This document shows, piece after piece, positions 17,196 to 26,926 of a stretch of DNA of 28,227 bases (positions are counted from its first letter, which is position 1; each line of letters begins with the position of its first letter). Position numbers and translations under genes: made by a program. Below the pieces are notes generated by a model, which was given only the letters and a program-made list of their open reading frames with translations, was not told where the DNA came from and did not search any database. Source of the stretch: an uncultured Actinomycetota bacterium (GTDB lineage Bacteria > Actinomycetota > Humimicrobiia > Humimicrobiales > Humimicrobiaceae); assembly GCA_964414685.1 (NCBI GenBank), contig CAYPXQ010000030.1, positions 1 through 28,227 of the forward strand, given 5' to 3'.

Positions 17196-17253
17196 GACTA
17201 AAATGTAATGTAATCCATTTTGGTCTTTACTATTCGGGAATTCTGTATATAAT
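17196..17253 (+). promoter_or_regulatory. Promoter of the AAA+ ATPase gene (probably leaderless) with an upstream inverted repeat
   Basis: TTTACT (17226-17231), 16 nt, TATAAT (17248-17253), 6 nt, ATG; no SD. Inverted repeat GACTAAAATG-N10-CATTTTGGTC at 17196-17225. Confidence 0.55.
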
Positions 17254-17259
17254 AGTAGC

Positions 17260-18405
17260 ATGAAAAGATATCTGGAAAATAGAATAAAAAAAGACCTGGG
17301 CAAAAAGATAATCCTTTTAAGCGGCCCCAGGCAATGCGGAAAGACTACTCTGTCAAAGATGCTTGATCCTGATTTTTATTATCTCGATTATGATTATGCA
17401 GAACACAGGCTTATTATAGATGAAAAAAGCTGGGATAGGAAAAGATCCTTGCTGATCCTTGACGAGATCCATAAAAAAAATAACTGGAAAAGCTTTCTTA
17501 AGGGTATCTATGACGTTGAAGGACTAAAACCGCCGATCATAGTTACCGGAAGTGCGCGGCTTGATACAATAAGGAAAACCGGTGATTCTCTGGCCGGAAG
17601 ATACTTCCACTTCAGGCTGCATCCTTTTGACATAAAAGAATTAAGGGCCCTGGATTTTGAAGAACCTGAAAAGATACTTGATAAGCTGAAGAAATTCGGC
17701 AGTTTCCCCGAACCCTTCCTTGAGGGCAGCGAGTCTTTCTACAGACGATGGCAGAAGACACATATTGATATTATCTTGAGGCAGGACCTTATAGACATGG
17801 AACCGGTAAGAAGCATAAAGCAGATAGAGACCTTGATAGAGCTATTGAAAGAGAGAGTAGGTTCACCAGTGTCATATTCCAGCCTTGCCGAAGATATAGA
17901 ATGCAGTCCAAAAAGTATAAAAAACTGGCTGCAGATACTGGAAAATCTCTATATGGTTTTCCCGGTCCGCCCCTACCACAAAAACATTGGAAGGGCAATA
18001 CTGAAAGAACCGAAATATTATTTTTATGACCCCGGGCTCATAAAAAGGAGTATTGGCGCCCAGATAGAAAACATCGCCGCATGTGCCCTGTTAAAGGAAC
18101 TTCATTTTGTGGAGGATGTCTATGGACTGGAAACTTCTATAAATTATATAAAAAATAAACAGGGCAAGGAGATAGATTTTTATATCCGGGTAGAAGATAA
18201 GCAGTTTCTTATAGAAGTAAAATCTAATGATGATTCATTGAGTTCCAATTTCAAGATATTTGACAGGTACCTCCCGAAAGCAAAAAAGATACAGCTGGTC
18301 GATGAGATAAAGAAAGAAAAGACTTATCCTGATAAAACGGAAATAAGAAAACTCTCTTCATGGCTGGCTGACCTTGATCTCAGCCCTTCAGATGTAAAGA
18401 TATAA
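17260..18405 (+). CDS. AAA+ ATPase (AAA_14 + DUF4143) with C-terminal PD-(D/E)xK-like motif
   Basis: Walker A GPRQCGKT, Walker B LILDEIH, TGSA, DSLAGR, KYYFYDPGL, EIDF...LIEVK. Confidence 0.88.
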   Translation: MKRYLENRIKKDLGKKIILLSGPRQCGKTTLSKMLDPDFYYLDYDYAEHRLIIDEKSWDRKRSLLILDEIHKKNNWKSFLKGIYDVEGLKPPIIVTGSARLDTIRKTGDSLAGRYFHFRLHPFDIKELRALDFEEPEKILDKLKKFGSFPEPFLEGSESFYRRWQKTHIDIILRQDLIDMEPVRSIKQIETLIELLKERVGSPVSYSSLAEDIECSPKSIKNWLQILENLYMVFPVRPYHKNIGRAILKEPKYYFYDPGLIKRSIGAQIENIAACALLKELHFVEDVYGLETSINYIKNKQGKEIDFYIRVEDKQFLIEVKSNDDSLSSNFKIFDRYLPKAKKIQLVDEIKKEKTYPDKTEIRKLSSWLADLDLSPSDVKI

Positions 18406-18411
18406 TAAGAT

Positions 18412-19272
18412 CTAAACCTTCTTTACACTGTCCGTAAAATTCTTCTTATCCAGGTATGACTTTATATCCATGCCCTCGATCTCTATATCAGGCGCGATCT
18501 CGCCCAGGGGCATAAGGACAAACTTCCTCTCCTTTATAAGAGGGTGGGGTATCTCCAGTATATCAGACTTTATGGTCCTGTCACCATAATAAAGGATATC
18601 TATATCAATGGGACGGGGTCCGTATCTCTTCTGTCCGGCTTTCCTTCCCATATCATGCTCTATGCCCTTTATGAGCCCCAGGAGGCTGAAAGGGTCAAGG
18701 CCTGTCTTCAGCATAACGGCAGCATTATAGAAATCAGGCTGGTCCTCTACATACATGGGGGATGTCTCATAATAGGAAGAGGTCTTTACCGCCTGGATGC
18801 GGGGGTCTCTCTTCAGGCTTTCCAGCGCCTTTTCGATATTGGCTTTCCTGTCTCCCATATTGGATCCCAGTGACAGAAATACTGTCTCGCCGTTCTTTAT
18901 TCCGGCATATCCGCCCATCCTGGAACTGCTGTACTCCACACCTACAGAACCCAGTTTTTCATCTATGGGTGGGTCGGGTTTCTCTATCCTTACATCCACC
19001 TTTTCTGCCAGACCGGACATATCCATTATAGCTCCTGCTATGACCCGGCACAGGGTCTCCAGCAGATCGCATCTTCTGGTCTCATTTATTTCCCTGACCT
19101 TGCTTATCACATCAGAATAACTAATGGTGTCCTCAATATCGTCGCTTTCCTGAAGTCCTGTGTCGCCAATATATACACAGATATTGAATATAAAGTACTG
19201 CCCCTCTTTCTTTTCCTGGTCCCTGACCCCGTGATAGCCATAAAGCACCAGGTCTTTTATAAATATCTTCAA
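18412..19272 (-). CDS. folB-folK: Bifunctional dihydroneopterin aldolase / HPPK (FolB-FolK fusion)
   Basis: N-half YGYHGV..EK..GQ.F, LLETL, VRIEKP; C-half FLSLGSNMGDR, SSYYETSP, FYNAA, YGPRPIDIDIL, IPHP...ERKFVL.P. Confidence 0.93.
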   Translation of the reverse strand: MKIFIKDLVLYGYHGVRDQEKKEGQYFIFNICVYIGDTGLQESDDIEDTISYSDVISKVREINETRRCDLLETLCRVIAGAIMDMSGLAEKVDVRIEKPDPPIDEKLGSVGVEYSSSRMGGYAGIKNGETVFLSLGSNMGDRKANIEKALESLKRDPRIQAVKTSSYYETSPMYVEDQPDFYNAAVMLKTGLDPFSLLGLIKGIEHDMGRKAGQKRYGPRPIDIDILYYGDRTIKSDILEIPHPLIKERKFVLMPLGEIAPDIEIEGMDIKSYLDKKNFTDSVKKV

Positions 19273-19288
19273 AATATTATCCTTTAGA

Positions 19289-20503
19289 TCATTTGTATCC
19301 TGACATTATACCGACTGCTGTCTTCACTGCCCTTACGGTTTCCTTTACATCATGCACCCTCAGTATGCTGGCCCCGTTTATGGCTGACCATACAGCGGCA
19401 GCCAGGCTACCCTCCAGTCTTTCTTCTGCTTCCAGGCCAAGGATCCTGCCTATAAATGATTTGCGCGAAGCACCCACAAGTACCGGATAACCCATAAAGG
19501 AAAACTCTCTTATGCTGTTCAGTATGGCCAGGTTATGCTCAAGGGTCTTGCCAAAACCAATGCCGGGGTCGATAATTATATTGTTTTCCGGTATCCCCGC
19601 CTTCAGGGCTTCGCCGGCCTTTTCCTCCAGGTATGCATATATCTCATCTACCGCATCTTCATACATGGGATCGTCCTGCATGTTCTCCGGAGTACCCTTC
19701 ATATGCATAAGCACCACTGATACGCCGCTATCGGCTGCCAGCCCTGCCATATCCTTATCCATGGTAAAAGCGCTTATATCATTGATGATATGGGCTCCGG
19801 CTGCTATTGCCTTTTCGGCCACCTTGGACCAGAAGGTATCTATTGATACCAGTACATCATGATTCTCTCTTATATATTCAATAGCCGGGACTGTCCTTTT
19901 TATCTCTTCTTCCGCACTTACAGGTTTTGAGCCGGGCCTGGAAGACATACCCCCCACATCGATAATATCGGCTCCGCCCTCTATCATGGCGTCTATTCTC
20001 TTTTCGGCCCTTTCCCTGTCATCATATCTTCCGCCATCATAGAAAGAGTCTGGAGTAGTATTGAGTATTCCCATTACCAGCGGCAGCCCGGAAGTATTAA
20101 ACTCTCTGCCGGAAATAGTGTATTTTATCCCATTTTGTCTTTTTCTGTGAGCTTCAAGAAAATCACCAAGTTCCCGGGAAAGGTCTTTTAGCCCGAAAGG
20201 CTGCATATGGATCTTTTCTACCAGGCCTTCAAAGCTTTTCCATGTACCTTCTATTATTACTTCTGATATGCCCTGCGTATTCACAAGCGCATCCCTGGAA
20301 GTAACAACATCGCCCCCCCTGGCAAGCATCTCCTGCTTCAGGATATTGACTGCAGCTGCCTTCAGGCCTTTTACCCTGATAGCCAGAGGGAATAGCTTTT
20401 GGACCATTATCCTGCTGCCGGGATCAGTGGCGCCGATGCCGGCAAACCGGGAAAGGCCTTCCTGCCTGTTCTTGATATCAAGGGCTCTGATAATGTATCC
20501 CAT
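19289..20503 (-). CDS. folP: Dihydropteroate synthase with an N-terminal extension of about 135 aa
   Basis: VMGILNTTPDSFYDGG, IDVGGMSSRPG, SIDT, INDIS, IDPGIGFGK, GASRKSFIG, LRVHDV. Confidence 0.96.
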   Translation of the reverse strand: MGYIIRALDIKNRQEGLSRFAGIGATDPGSRIMVQKLFPLAIRVKGLKAAAVNILKQEMLARGGDVVTSRDALVNTQGISEVIIEGTWKSFEGLVEKIHMQPFGLKDLSRELGDFLEAHRKRQNGIKYTISGREFNTSGLPLVMGILNTTPDSFYDGGRYDDRERAEKRIDAMIEGGADIIDVGGMSSRPGSKPVSAEEEIKRTVPAIEYIRENHDVLVSIDTFWSKVAEKAIAAGAHIINDISAFTMDKDMAGLAADSGVSVVLMHMKGTPENMQDDPMYEDAVDEIYAYLEEKAGEALKAGIPENNIIIDPGIGFGKTLEHNLAILNSIREFSFMGYPVLVGASRKSFIGRILGLEAEERLEGSLAAAVWSAINGASILRVHDVKETVRAVKTAVGIMSGYK

Positions 20504-20517
20504 GGAAAGAAAATTCC

Positions 20518-21084
20518 TTATTTTCCATTATAGATAAGGGAAAGGACTTCCGATCTGGAGGCCGGGTTTTCCTTGAACAGGCCCCTTATGGCAGAAGTCA
20601 CAGTAATGGTGTTAGGTTTCTTGACCCCCCGTATACTCATACACAGATGTTCTGCTTCTACGATCACTATGACTCCCCTGGGTTCCAGCTTTTCCATTAT
20701 TGAATCTGCTACAATGGTAGTAAGCCGTTCCTGGACCTGGGGGCGCCGGGCTACTATTTCCAAAACCCTGGTAAGTTTGGAAAGACCTATTATCTTCCCT
20801 GTTTTATTGGGGGCATAGGCTATATGGGCTTTTCCTACAAAAGGGACCAGGTGATGTTCGCAGGTCGAGTAGAATGGGATGTCTTTTACCAGGATTATCT
20901 CATCATGGTTCTCATCAAACATGGGGCCAAGGACTTCCGAGGGATTCTTGCCAATACCGGAAAAGATCTCTTCGTACATATCTGCCACCCTTTTGGGAGT
21001 TCCGATAAGGCCTTCTCTTTCCACGTCTTCACCGATACCCTCCAGAATAAGCTTTACACCTTCCTCTATCTTGTTCTTATCCAC
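20518..21084 (-). CDS. folE: GTP cyclohydrolase I
   Basis: [53 protein letters not shown] at 21084 follows GGAGG; the ORF track starts at 21105. Confidence 0.97.
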   Translation of the reverse strand: MDKNKIEEGVKLILEGIGEDVEREGLIGTPKRVADMYEEIFSGIGKNPSEVLGPMFDENHDEIILVKDIPFYSTCEHHLVPFVGKAHIAYAPNKTGKIIGLSKLTRVLEIVARRPQVQERLTTIVADSIMEKLEPRGVIVIVEAEHLCMSIRGVKKPNTITVTSAIRGLFKENPASRSEVLSLIYNGK

Positions 21085-21174
21085 TGAAGCCTCCAATATC
21101 AACAATTAAAAGATCTTCCGGCACAGATCCCGGTTTGAAGTATAAAAATGCCATACCCGCATGATAAAAGACTG

Positions 21175-23145
21175 CTATTTCTTATTTTCACTGTTATCAG
21201 TTTTTTTTGGCTTTGAACTGGAAGGATTTTTTTTGGCTCCGCTTGCTGACCTGGCTTTTCTTCCGGCCGGTGTGTTTCTTACCTTCTTTACCTTCTTTGT
21301 CTCTACTTTTGCCAGTATCTTAAGTATCTCTTCCCGGGAAAGAGTCTCTTTTTCTATAAGTCTTTTAGCCAGCATTGCAAGAGTAGCCTTATTTTCATCC
21401 AGTATCTTGCGGGCTTTCTCATAGCTGTCAGTGATTATATTATATGTCTCCTCGTCAATAGCGGAAGCTATCTTATCGCTGTAATGCGGCCTGGATGCTA
21501 TTTCCTTGCCCAGGAATACTTCATCTTCCTCTCCCTTGAAAGTTACGGGACCCAGTTTTTTACTCATGCCGAACTCTGTTATCATCTTCCTGGCGATCCT
21601 GGTGGCCCTGTCCAGATCGTTCTGGGCACCTGAAGTGATGTCGTCAAAGTTCATCTCCTCTGACACCCTGCCACCCAGAAGCTGGGTGATATTATCCAGA
21701 AGCTCATTCTTTGATTTTAAGAACCTGTCTTCTTCGGGAAGAGTTATGACATAACCCAGAGCCCTTCCCCTGGATATTATGGATATCTTATGTATGGGGT
21801 CAGTATAAGGGAGCACATATGAAAGCAGAGCGTGCCCCGATTCATGATATGCTATTATCCTTTTCTCTTCTTCCGATATAACCCTGGTCTTTTTCTCCGG
21901 CCCCGCAATCACTCTTTCCACGGCCTCCTCTATCTCGAACATGGATATCTTTTTCTTATTATGCCTGGCCGCCAGGAGGGATGCTTCGTTGAACAGGTTG
22001 GCAAGGTCTGCTCCCGTGAAACCGGGTGTCTGCTTGGCAATAGTCTTTAAGTTTATTGATTTGTCCAGCGGTTTTCCCCTGGCATGGATCTTGAGTATCT
22101 CTTCTCTTCCCAGAAGATCCGGTCTGTCCACTACTATCTGTCTGTCAAACCTTCCCGGCCTCAACAGTGCCGGGTCCAGTATATCCGGCCTGTTGGTGGC
22201 AGCAATAAGGATAACAGTTGAATCCTGGTTAAAACCGTCCATCTCTACCAGTATCTGGTTGAGGGTCTGTTCCCTTTCGTCGTGGCCTCCGCCCAGGCCT
22301 GCTCCCCTGTGCCTTCCTACGGCATCTATCTCATCCATAAATACAATAGAGGGCTGGCTTGCTTTTGCCTGGTTAAACAGGTCTCTGACCCTGGAGGCGC
22401 CTACGCCCACAAACATCTCCACGAATTCGGAACCGCTTATGGAGAAAAATGGTACTCCTGCCTCACCGGCAACAGCCCGTGCCAGAAGTGTCTTGCCAGT
22501 TCCGGGAGGACCGTATAAAAGCACGCCCTTGGGGATCTTCGCTCCCATAGCCTGGAATTTCTTGGGATTCTCCAGGAATTCCTCTATTTCCCTCAATTCT
22601 TCCACTGCTTCGTCTGCTCCGGCTACATCTTTAAAGGTAACCCTTTGCTTACCCCTGTTTGCCAGCCTGGCCTTGCTCTTACCGAACTGCATCACCTTGG
22701 AGCCTCCGCCCTGGAGCTGGTTCATCATAAAGAATATAAGACCAAACAATATTATAAAGGGTATGGCGCTTACAAGGATCTGTACCCACATGGACTGTCT
22801 CTGGTTGTCCACCCTAAACGGTATGTCATTGTCCAGCAGGTACTGGGTTATATTGTATTCAGACAGGAATGCCACCTCAAAAAAGGAGCCGTCCACCAGC
22901 TGGCCTTCTATGGTTCCGTCCTCTGCCATTATGATGAGGGGCTCTGATGTGCTGACCCGGCCGTTTTCTACCGCAGCCGTAAACTCGTCCATGGAATACT
23001 CTTCCACATCCGGTGACAGGAAAAGAGGATTCCTGAATATCAAAAACATTATGACTATCAGGAGTATGAGCAAGGCTATATTCCTGAATCCCCTGTTTTT
23101 GAAAGGACTTTTATTATTATTATTATTATTTCCAGGATCTTTCAA
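21175..23145 (-). CDS. ftsH: ATP-dependent zinc metalloprotease FtsH
   Basis: Two TM segments, TFKDVAG, GPPGTGKT, MDEIDAVGR, ATNRPDILDPALLRPGRFDRQI, HESGH. Confidence 0.99.
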   Translation of the reverse strand: MKDPGNNNNNNKSPFKNRGFRNIALLILLIVIMFLIFRNPLFLSPDVEEYSMDEFTAAVENGRVSTSEPLIIMAEDGTIEGQLVDGSFFEVAFLSEYNITQYLLDNDIPFRVDNQRQSMWVQILVSAIPFIILFGLIFFMMNQLQGGGSKVMQFGKSKARLANRGKQRVTFKDVAGADEAVEELREIEEFLENPKKFQAMGAKIPKGVLLYGPPGTGKTLLARAVAGEAGVPFFSISGSEFVEMFVGVGASRVRDLFNQAKASQPSIVFMDEIDAVGRHRGAGLGGGHDEREQTLNQILVEMDGFNQDSTVILIAATNRPDILDPALLRPGRFDRQIVVDRPDLLGREEILKIHARGKPLDKSINLKTIAKQTPGFTGADLANLFNEASLLAARHNKKKISMFEIEEAVERVIAGPEKKTRVISEEEKRIIAYHESGHALLSYVLPYTDPIHKISIISRGRALGYVITLPEEDRFLKSKNELLDNITQLLGGRVSEEMNFDDITSGAQNDLDRATRIARKMITEFGMSKKLGPVTFKGEEDEVFLGKEIASRPHYSDKIASAIDEETYNIITDSYEKARKILDENKATLAMLAKRLIEKETLSREEILKILAKVETKKVKKVRNTPAGRKARSASGAKKNPSSSKPKKTDNSENKK

Positions 23146-23201
23146 TTATTTATAACTTCCTTTTCTATAATCTATATCAAACTTAGATAATATTACAAAT
23201 A

Positions 23202-23792
23202 CTACTCATTTTCAATATAACCTATAAAGGGTATGTTCCTGAATTTCTCGGCAAAATCCAGGCCGTAACCCACTACAAATTTATTGGGGATATCGAACCC
23301 CTTGTACTTGACCTTGTTCTCTATCTTACGGGGGACATCCTTGTCCAGCAGGGCGCATATCTCTATACTGCCGGGATTCCTGGCATTAAGGTTTTTTATC
23401 AGGTAATTCAGTGTCCTTCCGGAATCTACTATATCTTCTATTATAAGGACTTCACTGCCCTCTATGCTGAATTCCAGGTCCTTGGTTATCCTTACTACAC
23501 CGGAACTTACCCTGGAGTCCCCGTAGCTGGAGACAGCCATAAAATCAAATATAACAGGCATCTTTATCTCCCGGCATATATCAGCCAGGAATATGAACGA
23601 ACCTCTTAACACTGATATTATGACGAGATCCCTTCCACTGTAATCCCGTGTTATCCTGGCACCGAGTTCCTTTATCTTTTCTTCCAGTTCGGATTCGGGA
23701 ATAAGTATTTTTATCCTTTCCCCGCCGTATAATAGGATTTTTTCTCCGCCCTCGGATATTATCTCATACTGGCTCATATTTTCCCCTGTCAT
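23202..23792 (-). CDS. hpt: Hypoxanthine phosphoribosyltransferase
   Basis: VLRGSFIFLAD, SSYG, VLIIEDIVDSGRTL, FVVGYGLDFAEKFRN. Start may be the Met at 23777. Confidence 0.97.
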   Translation of the reverse strand: MTGENMSQYEIISEGGEKILLYGGERIKILIPESELEEKIKELGARITRDYSGRDLVIISVLRGSFIFLADICREIKMPVIFDFMAVSSYGDSRVSSGVVRITKDLEFSIEGSEVLIIEDIVDSGRTLNYLIKNLNARNPGSIEICALLDKDVPRKIENKVKYKGFDIPNKFVVGYGLDFAEKFRNIPFIGYIENE

Positions 23793-23820
23793 TACCTGTT
23801 TTTATTAAAGCATATAACCA

Positions 23821-25311
23821 TTATTTTTCAAATAGCTCCAGCAACAGGACTTCCCTGGTAGAGGGAGTTATACTGACCCTGTGGTCCAACCTCATATTAC
23901 CCACCCAGATTATCTTTTCACTGTCACAGAAGACGGGTATTTCTTTCCTGAGGTTTACGGGCACCCTGCAGTCCATAAAGAGATCCTGGAGTTTCTTTTC
24001 CCCCTGCATCCCCAGGGGCTGGAATCTGTCGCCCTCTGACCATCTTCTCACCCTGATGGGGCCCCTGACCTTATTATAGTCTATTACTGCTTTGGAATCG
24101 TCAAGCTTGCGGTAATCACCGGGATCATCTATGATCCTGGCGCTTATGGAAAGACCAAAGCCTTCAAGACCGGTCCTGCCTCCTATCTTTATTACCTGTC
24201 CGGCTGAAGCCTGTCCTGCCTGTCCTATTCCCTGTATCCGCCTTATATGCTGCTTTATGCCGGGATCCAGGTCCTGGACGAAGTCCGTATGGACCATATG
24301 CAGATCATCGGCTATCCGTAATACTATTATGGGTCCGGGAAGGTCCAGCCGTCTGTTCTCGCCGCGGCCTGGCCCCATAAGCCCCAGGATATCCACGATA
24401 TTGCTATAACTTATATCCTCCAGGTTTCCATATAAAAGCTCCAGGGCAGTCAGGGCCACCCTCCTCTTTAATGCCCGGTGATATTTCCAGGCAGCTGTCA
24501 AAGGCAGCCTTATATATATTACCTTTTCCCGGTCCGGGCTTTTTTGGATAAAAGCATCTTTTTTTATGGCTCCGGATGCTGTTTCGCTTAGATAATCGTC
24601 CTCCTGTCCCAGTATATCTATGGCCCGCTTAATGCTGGTGCCTGCATCCCCCTGGAAATTTTCCTCTATAAAAGGTATGAGCTTGTTCCTTATCCTGTTC
24701 CTGGTGTATTTATCCTCCAGATTGGAGCTGTCGATGCAATAACCGATATCATTTGCCTTAAGGTAATCCTCTATATCCTGCCTGGACGTATTTATAAGAG
24801 GCCTTATTATGTTTCCGCTTACCGGCCTGATGCCGGCGAGTCCCCGGGCTCCGGACCCCCTTATTATCCTCATCAGGAAAGTCTCGATATTATCATCCAG
24901 GTTGTGTCCCAGGGCTATCCGGTCTATATCTTTTTCCCGGGCCAGCCCCCTGAGCAGCCCGGCCCTTAGCTTCCTGGCGCCTTCCTGGAATGACATCTTC
25001 TGTTCCCGGCACCATCTGACCGCATCTACCTTCCTGGTAATAAGCTCGATGCCCAGGTCCCCATACATCCGTTTCACGAATTCAGCATCCTTTCCTGACT
25101 GGCCGCCCCTGGTGCAGTGGTCCAGGCTGAATCCATACAGACTCAGCCGGAACTGGCGCTTAAGCATCAATAATAAATGGGTCAAAAATACAGAGTCGGG
25201 ACCTCCGGAAACCGATATCAGAATACTGTCGCCCCCGGCAACCATATCCAACTTTTTTACAGTCTCCAGGGCAGTGGCCACTGCCCTGTGTATTTTCTTC
25301 TCAGCTGCCAT
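23821..25311 (-). CDS. tilS: tRNA(Ile)-lysidine synthetase
   Basis: SVSGGPDS PP-loop, ALGHNLDD.IET, IRPL, DSSN....YTRNRIR, GDRF.PLGM.G.KKL. Confidence 0.96.
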   Translation of the reverse strand: MAAEKKIHRAVATALETVKKLDMVAGGDSILISVSGGPDSVFLTHLLLMLKRQFRLSLYGFSLDHCTRGGQSGKDAEFVKRMYGDLGIELITRKVDAVRWCREQKMSFQEGARKLRAGLLRGLAREKDIDRIALGHNLDDNIETFLMRIIRGSGARGLAGIRPVSGNIIRPLINTSRQDIEDYLKANDIGYCIDSSNLEDKYTRNRIRNKLIPFIEENFQGDAGTSIKRAIDILGQEDDYLSETASGAIKKDAFIQKSPDREKVIYIRLPLTAAWKYHRALKRRVALTALELLYGNLEDISYSNIVDILGLMGPGRGENRRLDLPGPIIVLRIADDLHMVHTDFVQDLDPGIKQHIRRIQGIGQAGQASAGQVIKIGGRTGLEGFGLSISARIIDDPGDYRKLDDSKAVIDYNKVRGPIRVRRWSEGDRFQPLGMQGEKKLQDLFMDCRVPVNLRKEIPVFCDSEKIIWVGNMRLDHRVSITPSTREVLLLELFEK

Positions 25312-26098
25312 CTGCTTTAAGGTTGATCCTTTCTATGCTTTCAGACTTTCCGCTTTTTTCATCTATATCTATCAAAACCCCGTTGATCCATACGTCATCC
25401 CTGGCTACAGTGAATTTCTGGGGCATGCCGGTTAAAAACCTGGCTATGATGTTTTCCTTCTTTACTCCTATTACGGAGTCCCTGGGGCCTACCATACCGG
25501 CATCGGTTATATAAGCGGTGCTGTCTCCAGGAAGTATCCTCTCATCTGCAGTCTGGATATGAGTATGGGTTCCCAATACGGCACTTACCCTGCCGTTAAG
25601 GTGCCAGCCCATCGCCACTTTCTCCGAAGTCACTTCTGCATGCATATCCACTATTATGACCGGAGTCTCTTCCCTCATATATTCCAGTATCCTGTTAACA
25701 GTCCTGAATGGGCAATCCAGGTTCTCCACAAATACCCTGCCGCAGAGATTTATTACTCCCACCTTAAGGCCTCCCAGCCCCCGAAGCTCATATATATTAT
25801 ATCCTCTCCCCGGTGTGTCGGGAGGATAATTGGCCGGTTTGAGCAGCCTGTATTCCCTGTCCAGAAGATCATATATCTCCCTTTTCTTAAACACATGGTT
25901 TCCGGTCGTTATCACGTCAATACCCATATCCAGCAGACTGTTGCATGTCTTAACTGATATTCCTATCCCCCCGGCAGAATTCTCTCCATTGGCTATTACC
26001 ATGTCAACTTCGTGTTTAAGCCTAAGCTGGTCCAGGTTTCTCTCAATGGCCTTTCTCCCCGGTTTGCCTATGATATCTCCTAAAAATAATACTTTCAA
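25301..26098 (-). CDS. ymdB: YmdB-like (TIGR00282) metallophosphoesterase
   Basis: LFLGDIIGKPGR, NGENSAGG, TTGNH, DMHAEVTSEK, GTHTHIQTAD, TDAGMVG. Confidence 0.93.
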   Translation of the reverse strand: MKVLFLGDIIGKPGRKAIERNLDQLRLKHEVDMVIANGENSAGGIGISVKTCNSLLDMGIDVITTGNHVFKKREIYDLLDREYRLLKPANYPPDTPGRGYNIYELRGLGGLKVGVINLCGRVFVENLDCPFRTVNRILEYMREETPVIIVDMHAEVTSEKVAMGWHLNGRVSAVLGTHTHIQTADERILPGDSTAYITDAGMVGPRDSVIGVKKENIIARFLTGMPQKFTVARDDVWINGVLIDIDEKSGKSESIERINLKADGS

Positions 26099-26119
26099 AA
26101 CAAGCCTTTCTTTGTCTGT

Positions 26120-26926
26120 TTATTTTATCCTTTCAGGATAACTGTATATATTGAATCTGTTTCCCCGGGCATAGCCTATGATAATAAGGCCCAGATCCCG
26201 GGCAAGGGCAGCTGCACTGTGAGTAACTGAAGAATTGGTGACCAGGGCAGGTATCTTCACCCTCGCCACCTTAAGCACCAGATCCACTGATATCCTCCCC
26301 GAGGTAAATATTATCTTCCGGGTAAGCTCCATTCCGTTTATTAGCATATTTCCAATTATCTTATCCAGGCAGTTGTGCCTGCCTATGTCTTCCCTTACCA
26401 GCAAGAGCTCTCCCTGAAGATCAAACAGGGCGGCAGAATGCAGCCCGCCCAGGGCTTTTTTATGCTCCTGGACAGCCAGGTTTTGACGGTTAAGCCCCAG
26501 GATGACTTCCGGCCTTATATTTATATCCGGTATTATAGGGGCCGGCAATATAGACGCTGCCCCTTCATCGATGCTGCCGCATCCCGGCGGTATATACCCG
26601 GCTGCCTGCCTCCTGGCAGGCTCGGTGCCTGTCCGTATTTTTACCGGGATAATATCAATAGATGCTTCTTTCTCATTTTTTCCCTCCTGGACGTCATCAC
26701 AGATCTCAATAATATCTATAATGTCATAATCATCCAAATAACCCTGGGATACGATATATCCGGCTGCCAGTTCGGCAGGGTGCTGGGGCGAGCAGGAAAG
26801 GACTGATATCTTTTCCCGGTTAAGGTAAAGGCTGACAAAAGATTCCCGGGGTATGGTGTCATCCTTTGCCTGTCTTTTGCCCCCGGAACTCACTCTTTCT
26901 ATTTTTACGGTTTTGCCTAATCCCAA
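26120..26926 (-). CDS. fdhD: Formate dehydrogenase accessory sulfurtransferase FdhD
   Basis: GCG, GGLHSAAL, REDIGRHNCLDK.IG, SGRIS, IIGYARG.RFNIYS.PERI. Confidence 0.9.
   Translation of the reverse strand: MGLGKTVKIERVSSGGKRQAKDDTIPRESFVSLYLNREKISVLSCSPQHPAELAAGYIVSQGYLDDYDIIDIIEICDDVQEGKNEKEASIDIIPVKIRTGTEPARRQAAGYIPPGCGSIDEGAASILPAPIIPDINIRPEVILGLNRQNLAVQEHKKALGGLHSAALFDLQGELLLVREDIGRHNCLDKIIGNMLINGMELTRKIIFTSGRISVDLVLKVARVKIPALVTNSSVTHSAAALARDLGLIIIGYARGNRFNIYSYPERIK

Noticed and set aside
23111-23130. (TTA)n tract encoding the Asn run at the FtsH N-terminus
   Set aside because: Short in-frame trinucleotide repeat in a low-complexity tail; cannot phase-vary the frame.
21941-23155. 404-aa plus-strand ORF
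   Set aside because: Antisense shadow of ftsH with no recognisable motifs.
24809-25435. 208-aa plus-strand ORF and the other short alternative ORFs in the track
   Set aside because: All overlap well-supported genes on the opposite strand or in another frame and lack motifs.
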